64,000 nucleotides of DNA from Perkinsus olseni. Its lineage: Eukaryota. Shown here piece after piece: positions 15,301 to 25,768 of the stretch. The notes below the pieces were generated by a model. The model searched no databases. It worked only from the letters and a program-made list of their open reading frames with translations, and was not told the DNA's origin. Numbering within the stretch: the first letter of the stretch is position 1; each line of letters opens with the position of its first letter. The position numbers and the translations under genes are program-made. The DNA lies in the NCBI GenBank assembly GCA_013115125.1, contig JABANN010000079.1, positions 1 to 64,000 on the forward strand, given 5' to 3'.

Positions 15301-15495
15301 GTTATTAAAATAATTATTGATCATTGACAGCATCTTGACCGAGTTGACGATAGTCCTCCTATGAGATCTCTCATTTTCCGGTGTCTGGTCTCGAAGATCC
15401 GTCATGATCTGCTCGGCCAGAGACACTCCTCGGTGTCGGGCAGCCTCTACGGTTGAAGGTGTTATCTCGACCATAGTAGTAGGGGTCGCCTCCAT
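349..15495 (-). CDS. Giant HECT-domain E3 ubiquitin ligase of the HUWE1/TOM1/UPL1 family; multi-exon, 3' end lies outside the window
   Basis: HECT N-lobe exons: [124 protein letters not shown] (donor at 348). UBM-like repeats [18 protein letters not shown] and [20 protein letters not shown]. Long acidic disordered region at 5032-7046. First exon (ORF 14950-15516) has a likely ATG at 15495. Confidence 0.9.
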
Positions 15496-16313
15496 GACTA
15501 CTACTGCAGACGGCAAACGAGAAAATTCACAAATATTACTGAGAAAATGACCTGTGGGTCCAGCTAGGAATCACTCCGAGCTGCTGGTCAAGAGAGGCCG
15601 GAAAACAACATTTTTTTGAGTGAGAACTAAACTAAACGTCTGAGTCTGAGGAGACACGGGTAAAATACTAGTAAGAGTATACTAAGTCACGTCAGAGTAT
15701 CATCTGCCATTTCAGACCGTCTGACATGAAAGATTAACTTTGCCGCAGGTGAAAGGTTCATTACCGGCCCCAACCGACCAGACAACGTCAGTAGAGGGCG
15801 ACCACTTGAGGGTGGTGTAGCTACGTTAGACTATCAAGTCAGAGGCCCCGTCGTGAGCTGCAGTGTGTCGGGAGAGCACAGCTCCAGGATCCACAACCCT
15901 CTACCACACCAATCGCAACAACTCGACAAACCCCACGGGATAGTATCTGGCGCGAGGACACCTGCTCCGCGATTGCTACACGGCTGGCGTTGCGCGCATT
16001 CTGAGTAATTAATAAGCAGCGAAAAAAGGAAAATCATCATCCGAAAAAAACCAATTATTCTTTGGTTGGAAATTTTCGCGCGCCCGGCACAAATTTATTT
16101 TTCCGGGGCACAAATTTCTTTTGGAGGGCACAAAGAATCCTATTCAGAGCAAACTCCATTTTGGGGGCTATCCGCGTGGGGGCGCACTGTTAGTACTTCT
16201 TCTGATAGGTGTTTCCTTATAGAAGCACCTTCAGTAAAAAAACTGCGGGGTAAAACCATCGATTGCAAGGCCGAATTCAATCCACGGGTGCGTTACAAAG
16301 CTCAAGGTACGAA

Positions 16314-16409
16314 CTGTTATACAAGGCTGGGCTGTTATACAAGGCTGGGCTGTTATACAAGGCTGGGCTGTTATACAAGGCTGGGCTGTTATACAAGGCT
16401 GGGCTGTTA
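16314..16409. repeat. 18-bp minisatellite (CTGTTATACAAGGCTGGG) x5 plus a partial copy; degenerate copies continue to about 16540
   Basis: Five perfect tandem copies read directly from the sequence. They produce the spurious CYTRLG and AQPCIT ORFs. Confidence 0.97.
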
Positions 16410-16810
16410 CAGCCGGGGCCGAGAAGAAAAAAACAATGATTACAGGGCAACCCGAAACCCGAGGTGTTACCCGGGGCTGGGCTGTTACTGAGGGAAACCC
16501 GAAACCCGAACTGTTATGCAAGGCAAGGCTGTTATACAAGTGATGACTTAACCGAGTATGCCTCGGAGGAAGAATTTGTGCCACGGGAAAAAGATTTGTG
16601 GCCCGCGCGGAAGAATTTGTGCCGGAAGAAAAATGGTACGCTTGTGTCGGAAAAATTTACACGTTTGAACGTTGTAACCCGCCACATCGTTGGAGGAAAT
16701 TACGCAGTACCGTTTTATCCCAATTTGTAGAACGTTATACGGAAGAGTTAGGCGGAGATTTAGACAGACTACAGTGCGTCGTCATGGTACACTAGAACGT
16801 GCTGTGGACA

Positions 16811-16884
16811 AGTAATACTCATGAGTATTACTCAAACTTATCAGATTCTGGTTACTCATTGAGTAACCAGAATCTGATAAGTTT
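16811..16884. repeat. Two adjacent perfect palindromes: 22 bp, and 25-bp arms with a 1-nt centre
   Basis: AGTAATACTCA|TGAGTATTACT (16811-16832), and AAACTTATCAGATTCTGGTTACTCA-T-TGAGTAACCAGAATCTGATAAGTTT (16834-16884). Confidence 0.97.
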
Positions 16885-17273
16885 TATGGAGGACTCGATA
16901 TGATCAATCTTCCAAACGATTAATATTTTGCACGCGTATTTGGTGATTGTGGTCAAATATCTCGGAAATTTTAACATGGACGTTTTACCCCATATCTTCG
17001 TACACTTCTCGCTCGCCTCTTACTCGTATACCTAGTGGTATAGGAGAAGTACATAGCAGACTCTGTGAGTAGACACGTATAGACGACATACTTTACAGAA
17101 AACAGATTTGGGGGATTCGGAACGGGGTTTTTTATACCGGATAACTCAAACGATGACAGCCGCGTTATTATAACTTTTGCACATTGGGCGAGCGAAATTC
17201 TGTCCGTGACTATTCACCGACTTCCGTGATTATTCCCTTCCACCCGCACGAGTCGCGCGATTAAAATCTTTTT

Positions 17274-17636
17274 CCTAAGGAGAAAGTATATTTTCTAAGG
17301 AAGAAATCTCGCTCGCCCTCGACATTTTTCTAAGGAGACTTTGCACTTTTCTAAGGAGACTTTGCAATTTTCTAAGGAGATTTTGCATCTTCCTAAGGAC
17401 GCTTCCCGCGCGTAACTTCACCTCTTACACACCGCAGCCTTGATTTCGATTGAGTCGGGTTTCGGGTTCACGGGGGTTTCGGTCTGTACTCCACTAAGTC
17501 TTGGTTTTCTTTTTTAACGCCTACCAGCCGAAGTCACCTTTAGCCGCTGTCTTGTACGCGCAAGTGCCGCCCGACGCGCCGGCGTATTTTCGGGCGAGCG
17601 AGATTTCTTCCTTAGACAATATACTTTCTCCTTAGG
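17274..17636. mobile_element. Foldback/MITE-like element with 45-bp inverted repeats and an internal 21-bp tandem array
   Basis: 17274-17318 is the reverse complement of 17592-17636 with 1 mismatch. Internal TTTTCTAAGGAGA(C/T)TTTGCA x3 at 17326-17388. No clear TSD. Confidence 0.6.
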
Positions 17637-18150
17637 TTTCTGCATTTCACCCGAGTCGTGCGGCAAGACATATGCAATTGCGCGGGCGTGCGTGCTGCGC
17701 TCTCGATGAGAGCCTCTCATGAAGCGGCCATCGCATTGGTGCGATGGCTACCGCACTAACAGGTAACTGCATTGCTCCAATCGTAGCACATCAATGGAAA
17801 CATTGACGGAAGTGGAAGTTTCACTGTGGAACGACGCCATCCACCCGGCATATACGAACCATGGCCGACCATGGTCGGCCGAACCATGGCCTTGTTTCAC
17901 TTGAACCATACAATATGATCCACCTTTCTCAACATGTTTCCCGCAAGAAACACTCTCCTCAGACGCTGAGGCTCAGATTGTTAGAAAGCTTTGTGAAACA
18001 AGCTATCGTGCTCAGCACAGCCGAAATCCGCAGGCTAACTTATTGGGATAGTGTTGGATCGCTCAGTATCGCGATGCAAATGATCATCGTGGTGTGTACC
18101 GCGGGCCAAATATCCAGTGGTATGATTTTGCTAGTTGAGCCTCTCCTATC

Positions 18151-21100
18151 ATGAAGATACGCTTCGGTCTCATCCAAAAGCTAGCCTCGGGCGAGAAGAT
18201 CAACAAGGTAGTGGCCCGATCGCCAAATTATGGAACAGATGAGCACGAAATTCTGGAGTTTTGTGCACCTCTCAAGTAAAGGGATGTTACTATTCAGACC
18301 GCGTCGGGTAAAGGCAAGAAGAATGGGAAAGGTCAGACGCAGCGACAGAGGAAGAAGGTCGACATGATGCCATTCAACAAGAAGTTGGCTAAAGCGGCTG
18401 AACGGAAGGAGCTTGGTAGTACGGAATCTGGATTGGAATTGGATTCCTAGTCGGGCTGAGTTTCTCTATGTTCATCTGAACTCCTTTGTGAGACCGCCTC
18501 GGGAAGCCAACACAATGAAATGATGATAACTATCTGCTTCAGGATCGGCATTGGGGATTATGAGTAGCATCAAGAAGGCAGGAGGAAGGCCCGATAAGCA
18601 TACCTACGCTAACATCATTAACACTTGCGTGCGATGTGATAATATAACAAAGGCTGAAGAGTAATGTTTCTTGGCAGTGCCGGTCGACCATTGCTCAAGA
18701 AGGGTCGTGATTCTTAGCACTGAGGTTGTATGATACAAGCGTCCAGCTGCTAGTCGAGAGCAGTTCTCTTTCCACTCGGGATCCGTCGAATCTCCGCAAG
18801 GTTTGGGTTTTAGATTCCTGGCCGAGATGCGTGATACAGTTGGACTTTCCGTGGTAAGCCATTATAGAATCTCCCTCGTCATGGGTTTCAAGCGGAAGGT
18901 CTCGCGTTCGAATTACTGGGAAGGCCCCCCTCTATTTCAGGTTCCCATGACGACTATGCTGAAGGGCTATGCCTCCGAGGGAATGAGGAGCAAGGCGCAG
19001 GGGCTTTTGGGTGAAATGATGGAGAAGACCATTGCCAATGATCGTTCTGTTAGTAATAACGGGCCTGGGGGAATCATCGGCTTTTCTGGTGAAACCGTAC
19101 AGTGCCTTTGAGATGATTGTGAAGTATCATTATATGTGTAGGGCAGCTTCAATCGACCGAATTGATTGCGATTCTCGCTAGGATTGTGGATCTTGCCACC
19201 TGGGACCACCTGACTTTTGCGTCATGCGCGTAGAGGACGAGCAGCAAGAAATGGCGGTTTTTTCATCTTTCTTCGCGGTCCGCAGGTGCGTTCCTCAGAG
19301 GCTGTTTGAGACACGGATGGTACGAGGCAGCGGTCTCGGCTTATGAAAAGGCGTGCGAGGAAGGAATTGTTGAGGATGGTATTAGGGATGGGCCTTGGAG
19401 AGAAGGATGTACTTTCAAGCTGATTACGAATCGCTCACCATTATCAGCTCGGACGGCTCACCGTCGAGCGCGGTTCATTGAGCGTTGTCGCCATGGATTG
19501 TTTGCCGTTATCATCGCTTGATGAGGGCTTTTTCCAGCTTTGAAAGCGGACTGTTAGTATTACGGGGCGTATACGGCAATTTTTTAAGACTTCCTATCGC
19601 GGTTTAGGCGCTCGCGTAACCGTTCTTGTCGTTGTTTGGTTGGAGAGTATCTTTTCAGGTTGCCGGAACGTTTACGCGAAGATACTCTCGTTGGCGGGTA
19701 GGAGCTCAGACGCTTTTGCTCTGAACGGTCTCACTGGGAGTAAGTCGCCCTCAGGGATGATAGGCCGAGCTCTTCGACGTACGCGATCTAGAACACAGCA
19801 TGTTACGCACCTCATGGTCTTCTACCATTATATATGTCGTTGGAAAACTTGCTGTCTGACATTTAGTTTTTACAAGTGATTTTGTAGCTTTTTGATCGTT
19901 CGATATTCGCGTTGTGAGCGTTGCGAGCGTTAATTACTTGTGGGTGATACACTATGACCGCTGGGAAGTGCATTAACTGAGCGGTGCTCCCATACAGGCC
20001 CTGTTCAGGCACTCTGGCGTCTGTATCAACCACTATGGCGGTAACAACTGGTGACGACAAGAAAGCGGCCGAAGCTGCTATAAAGCGAGCTGAGGCTAAG
20101 CTGAATGAAGAGGAGCGAAGCATGAAATCGGATGGGCTAAAGAGTAGTATTATTAGGTCATGAGTTGCTTCAAATTCCGTACACGAACTGCGCATGGGAT
20201 CGGTTGCCTCGTCGATCGAAGAACACAATGCTAGGCCTGCTGTTCCAGTTCACACACTCAGATAAATTTGGAGATCATTTGATTGCTGAAGCGAGACGAG
20301 ATCTGAATGCTGCTAAGAAGTTTCTGGCCAGTGATACGTCCGTTAATGTAAGCTGGGTGTATCAACGTGCCCGCTCGGCATCGAATGATACTGCCGGTGG
20401 CAAAGTCGGATTTCTTCGAGTTAGTGGAAGTCTTCCACTATCTCTTTTTCACCCTCGGGTCGGTCACCGAGAATCGCGCTAAGTACCACTGAAACTATAT
20501 ATATTCCCATATTCGGCATATTATCACACTGACGTCGGGATTGCTGTCATCCGCGGTGGCAGTTTTGGAATTTCTTCAGGAAATGTATATTTCTTTTCAA
20601 CATTACCGTTGAATCTTGTCCTCCTTTGAATTAATTTTCTTATCTAGGTAAAGCCATCCTTCGCACGATTCCTCTATCTTCCCAAGTCTACCGAAGATCA
20701 GTCCACAGAGTCACGAATCGTGGAAGGCTGGAAGGCTATCGGATTGGAACAGAGTAGGTGCTGCCAAGTGAATGTGCTTGCATGTTCTTGTGTACTAGCA
20801 CTGTGATAAATCCTCGTGCTGAATCGAAACACCTTGAGTAGCTGAGCGATAGGTTGGCGGGATCATTAATATCTCATTGCATCGGTATGGCGTCCTCTTA
20901 GTTGACGATGTGAAGGAGTTCGCCTCGAGCACTCTGCCGAAGGCGTTGGACCACGGGAAGCTGAAGATTACAGAGGAGAGCCGAGGGATGTAGTATAGGG
21001 GTCGGATTGGGTTGAAAGTATTTGGTATCGTCTCTCAAAAGCTTCTGGTCGGTCGCCGTTTTCACTCTGCGTAGCGACTCGCTAGTAGCGAGGTGAATGA

Positions 21101-22289
21101 CGGGAATGTCGCCGTCTTGCAGGAGGGTTCCTCGCTGATGGGCTCATTGATAGCGTTAGAACCATCCGTTCAATTCAGAGTTCTCTCAGCGGTAGACTAC
21201 CCCTCTTACATCACTCCCAAACTTGAATTCTCAGATGCTTGGAAGTTGGCACTGGCTCTGGTGACTGGATTCTTTCTCGAGCCAAGAGAGATTGGTCGCA
21301 GCAATGGGTTGCCTCGGAGTTCAAGTTTGACAGGTAGTCGCCATTTCAAGGAGCCGAGTAAACATTTTTACGAGTGTTAACAGAGGCGCTGAGATTTGCG
21401 CTCGGCAGTCACCGACTAGCGCTATGCCCTGTGTCAGATGTGCGTCGATTCGGCAGAAGTGCTTACTAGAGGGACCTAGAAACGTGCACATAATCGGAGG
21501 GGACGCCCGAGAGTGTCTGCCAATGTACGATTCTCGCGCGCCACGAAATTAGTTCGACAAGTGCTGGAGTTGATTCAGGCTCCTGCCGTCCAGCTGCGTC
21601 TCGGAGGTACACATTAACTTCCCAGAGCCACCTGTATGGCATGATGCCTGTGCCAGGGAAGGTGAGTATATGCTCATTGCGGAGCACTTAAATTCTTGCT
21701 ATCTTGCCATTTCCTAACGCTTCGAGAACTGGCCAATCAGGTACTGGAGGAGATCATCTGCTCACTTGCGATTTCTTCGAAATTCTTCACGGATTATGCC
21801 GTGGATCGTGCGTGTTAAGGGTTGTCTCTGATAATGAGCAGTACCTCACCACTGTACGGTCGGAGATAGGGAAGCTTTTGGGTGAGCTTGCTGGGGCAGA
21901 GGCACTCCCAATCATCGGGATGCAACTACCTCATCCGAGGTCGCTATGATAACCTTTTGTCTGTTGAGGATTACGAGTCGCGGTTTTCGTGTTTGCTGTC
22001 GAATCTCTACCTCGCATTCGCTATCGCACTCTCGTTTTCGCTGGATTTGCGCGCCATTGTAGACATCCGCTGTTGAGGTCGTTCTCATCTCTTTCCATGG
22101 CGAGGCGTGTCCGCTTCTACTTTTTCTCGGCACAGCCGACCGGTTTCTCAGCTTTCCGATACCTCGGTGCGTGTATGTTTATCAGGCCTGTGGGACTCGG
22201 TGGAGCTGAGAGAGCTCACAGCTGATGATGAGTCGGAACCATCTTCCTACTTCGATCGGATGTGGAAGCGGGGGCATCGATCTTCCAGG
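18151..22289 (+). CDS. PPR-TGM protein: pentatricopeptide repeats plus a C-terminal TrmB-like tRNA (guanine-N7) methyltransferase; multi-exon, both ends approximate
   Basis: PPR exons: KKAGGRPDKHTYANIINTCVRCDNITKAEE, VPMTTMLKGYASEGMRSKAQGLLGEM, AFLRGCLRHGWYEAAVSAYEKA. Methyltransferase exons: CLEVGTGSGDWILSRAKRDWSQQWVASEFKFDR (21235-21332), NVHIIGGDARECL, VSEVHINFPEPPVW, HLLTCDFF, VVSDNEQY, SSYFDRMWKRG. Confidence 0.8.
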
Positions 22290-22722
22290 TAAGAAGGGTC
22301 TCATGATATATTATAGCTGCCACTCGCTCGTGCGCTCTGCCGCTTCCATCGTCAATTATTGCGCTTTGGGTGTGGTAAACTTGGCCAATGGTGATTCATA
22401 GGTGGAACTCTGCTCCGATGATGGATGCCCTAACGTGAGGTTGAGCAATTCTTGATGATGAATATCTCGGTATGAGGCTGAGATTTCCACACCAGTGCGC
22501 ATCAGTAGAGCGTAGCCACGAGAGTACCATCCTCGTCTTGTACCTCTATGGCAAGCGCGGCGAGTGGATGGTCTTCACATCATTCTATAGTGGAGTACGT
22601 CATGGTCTGCGATTTTTTTGCCAGATATTTATTGACTGCACAGTGCTGTAAACTAGACTGAGGATGAACACCGGTGTTTACCAACCCGTCTGAAGAAGGC
22701 GAACGTTTCTACTCTAATAGAT

Positions 22723-25480
22723 ATGCTCAGTGTTGGTCAATACCACGGAGCACATGCTGGTACACTGCAATGTAGAAGGCCATGCGTCTCTGGGAGGCTT
22801 TCATTGACAGGAGAAAACCGCTTTCAGCGAGGCCTGGCGTTGAGAAACTGCAAGTGAGCAAGTCAGTGGTCATCGCATGCAGTACTTTGTAAGGCCCCTT
22901 GTATAATGCTCCAATGAAGGATCATATTGAACATCTGCGTGCTCAGTCTCTGCTGTTCGGAGCTACACCGCCGGAAAATTATGGAAGTGCCGGTGAGCAG
23001 AGTCAGCAGCAATCCGATGCTAATCCTTCGCCATCGTGGAGATACTTCGACCCCTCGTCGCACACTTGAAGGGGCTATCAATTCACTGCTAATGCCGGGC
23101 TTTGAAAATATCGAGTCATTTCCTGGCCTCTTGAGGTGTCGTTCGCTAGGCACGGTGACTGGAAGGTCGTCACAGCGAGCTCGCCGAGAGATGGAACACT
23201 TCCTCGAGAGAAAGGGTGGGCCAACGCTTGCATCGGTTGAATGTTGCTTATCGAGCTGCATCTCAGGGGACTTGTTGTCGAGTATGGAAGGCCTGCGTAA
23301 AGAGATTGGCTCGCTCGAGCGGTGCCGGGAGGCCTTAGCCACAACGACGACGCACGCCGGTGTCGAAAGTAGGCAGGGATTATGGAGATGAATAGCAGCC
23401 TCCGAGCTTGCACTACTCACCGAGTATGCGATGAGACCGACCACGTGTTGTCTCTAGAGCACATATCGTATGCTAACTGCTCAAAAACAGCTGGACACGC
23501 CGTATGGTTTCATTATCAGTCGGGGCTCCAGTAATGGTGGAGATACCGCTGTTGACGTTGGCACCATACGGGCACTGGCTATGTGTCGAGTTCATTGCTG
23601 CTTCAGGTGTGGTGGCTGCCTTTGAGGACGCCCGCTCCTACACCATGCGGCAGATTCACGAGTTTAAAGCGCAGGTAAAGGGTAGCCCCTTCCCTTTCGT
23701 GGGGAAATAGCGCAGTAGCGCTACGCTGATTACGAAGGTTTCATGAGATGTTGATGACGGCAATAGATACAACGAGAGTCGGATGCCACCGAGGAGCTAG
23801 CGCGAATACACTACCAGGAAAACAGCGTCGACCTGAGGGCAAGAAGAAGTGGATGCCTCATGCTCATGCATGAGCTGAGGAAATTGGTAGGTTCGCGGCG
23901 CCACCAGCTACGGTACACTAATAGCGTAGATGCAGAAAGCGGAAAGATACTCTCACGTTGCGTGAGTGGCTGTCATATACGTGAATTTGAACGTTCAGCT
24001 CATAGGCGATGAGTCATAGCTCATTTGAGGAGTGCGCTTTCCTCTTGCTGACGGTGAACCTCAGATGGGGCTGTTGTACGGTGAAGTTGAGGGGTTCAGA
24101 CATGACCTCAGGGAGCATAGGAAGAACCAACTGGCCATAGCGCTGCCACATGCTAGCGATGAGGAAGTAACGCTTAGCCAGTTGACACCGGAATGATGTT
24201 ATGCCGCTATACAGATTGAGGATGCTCTAGATAGAGGAGTAGGCCTCCAGCAAGTCCTGAACAAGAGGAGCTCGGCCGGGCGCGTTGAGAAATTGCAAGA
24301 TCTGCAAGATCAGTAAGATTCCGTGATGTGTTACAGTACCGGACATCTAAAGAGGGGAATTACGTGTGCAGAGTTAACTTTTTCCCTATGTCGAGTTTGG
24401 GCCTGAAATTTTAGCTACAGCCTCTCCTTATATAGTTCTATTGCATGCGATGGGTCCGCGACCGTTTTTCGCAAAATTTGTGAAACGGCTTTTTTACACA
24501 TGTCCCGCTTGGGATTCGAACCCGCGACCCACCCAAAATGTCTACAGTATTACACTGCGAATTGAGGCATATTATGCCTGGCATAAACAGCAGTTTTCAC
24601 ATGGCTAATGGCAGCAGCTGTATGGAAATACCACATATAAATCAACAAATGCTCATTTTCGATCTTTCGTGGAGATTTAAACTCTTACACCTTCCCCTCC
24701 CTGGGCCGTGCGTGACGTCATCTAACAATACCGGCAATGCTTTCTGGGGCGTGAGTGTCCTCTATTTCAAACCCAAACTCGACATAGGGAAAAGTTAACT
24801 CTGCACACGTAATTCCCCTCTTTAGATGTCCGGTACTGTATGCGTTGAGTGGAACTCTCATCCTCAGACGTTCTGATATCATGAAATTGGAGAGATCTGT
24901 TGCCGAGGTCCAGGAGATGATGTCGACTCTCGTGGTGAGTGACTTTCTGACACCTCTAGCTTTCTATCCTGTTCTTTACCTCAGCTGCTCATCGACCGTC
25001 AAGGCGGCCTCCTAGAAAACATCGAGTTCGACGTTGTCAACGCGAAATACACTGCAGGTGAGCCACGCTCGAGCCCACCGATGCTAACTAAACTGTGGCG
25101 CCGTGCTGATTCTTGAATAGTGGCAATTTCTGAAATCGCGGCAGAGCTCGGCGGAGTTTCTCACAATCACCGATCGCGATATGTATGATAATCCTTCCCC
25201 TCTACTGACACGGCATTGCCGCTACCTTTTATTCCGCCGACCCCTGTGGTGTTTCCCCTCTCGGTCCACTCCGAACAGAGCCTACAAAGGGTCGTCCACT
25301 GCCTGCCAGCGCGGCCCTATCCGGCGATAATTTTCTCATTATCGCTCAGTGGGGTTTAGATGAAACCGTTCCTCTGCATTCGATGGATCTTTCGTCGGTG
25401 CCTAGTCTCTGCCCGCCCGTTTAGCCCTTTAAGGCACCGTCGCTATCCCCGTCTTTCAGTGCTCATCATGCATTCAGTAT
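22723..25480 (+). CDS. Syntaxin (Qa-SNARE); multi-exon, ends approximate
   Basis: SNARE motif across exons: KLQDLQDQ|RSDIMKLERSVAEVQEMMSTLV|LLIDRQGGLLENIEFDVVNAKYT. Habc-linker-like segment RKNQLAIALPHASDEE|IEDALDRG. N- and C-terminal exons are uncertain. Confidence 0.75.
24334..24838. mobile_element. Non-autonomous Tc1/mariner-type MITE (505 bp) in a syntaxin intron
   Basis: 68/67-bp terminal inverted repeats starting CAGTACCGGACATC (24334-24401 and 24772-24838; one indel in a T-run), flanked by TA on both sides. Removing the element restores a typical 48-bp intron. Confidence 0.92.
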
Positions 25481-25768
25481 TGTGTTGGCTTTTCAGATAA
25501 AACCTACCGCACCTTGGTTGACACCAGGCGGAATCAGCGCCGAGCACAGCTGTGGATGCTCGGATGCGGCTTTTGCTGCTTCATCATTATCGCTCTTATT
25601 GTAGGTCACGTCAGTCGCCGGAAAAAACAACGCAATTTCGCGCCTCAGGTCTTGCTTCTCGTGTTGCTATTTGGTCGACGCCTATGACTCCACGTCCATG
25701 GCCGGTGCACCTCCCAAAGGCTTGTGTTGGTGACGAGCCGTGTCTCAATCGCTCAGCCTTACTGTCCT

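Noticed and set aside
16449-16511. AACCCGAAACCCG units resembling telomeric repeats
   Set aside because: Only two units per site, in an internal position, and they differ from TTTAGGG-type repeats.
16066-16584. ORFs with CYTRLG and AQPCIT repeats; CRISPR-like appearance
   Set aside because: They are by-products of an 18-bp head-to-tail minisatellite with no spacers, in a eukaryotic context with no cas genes.
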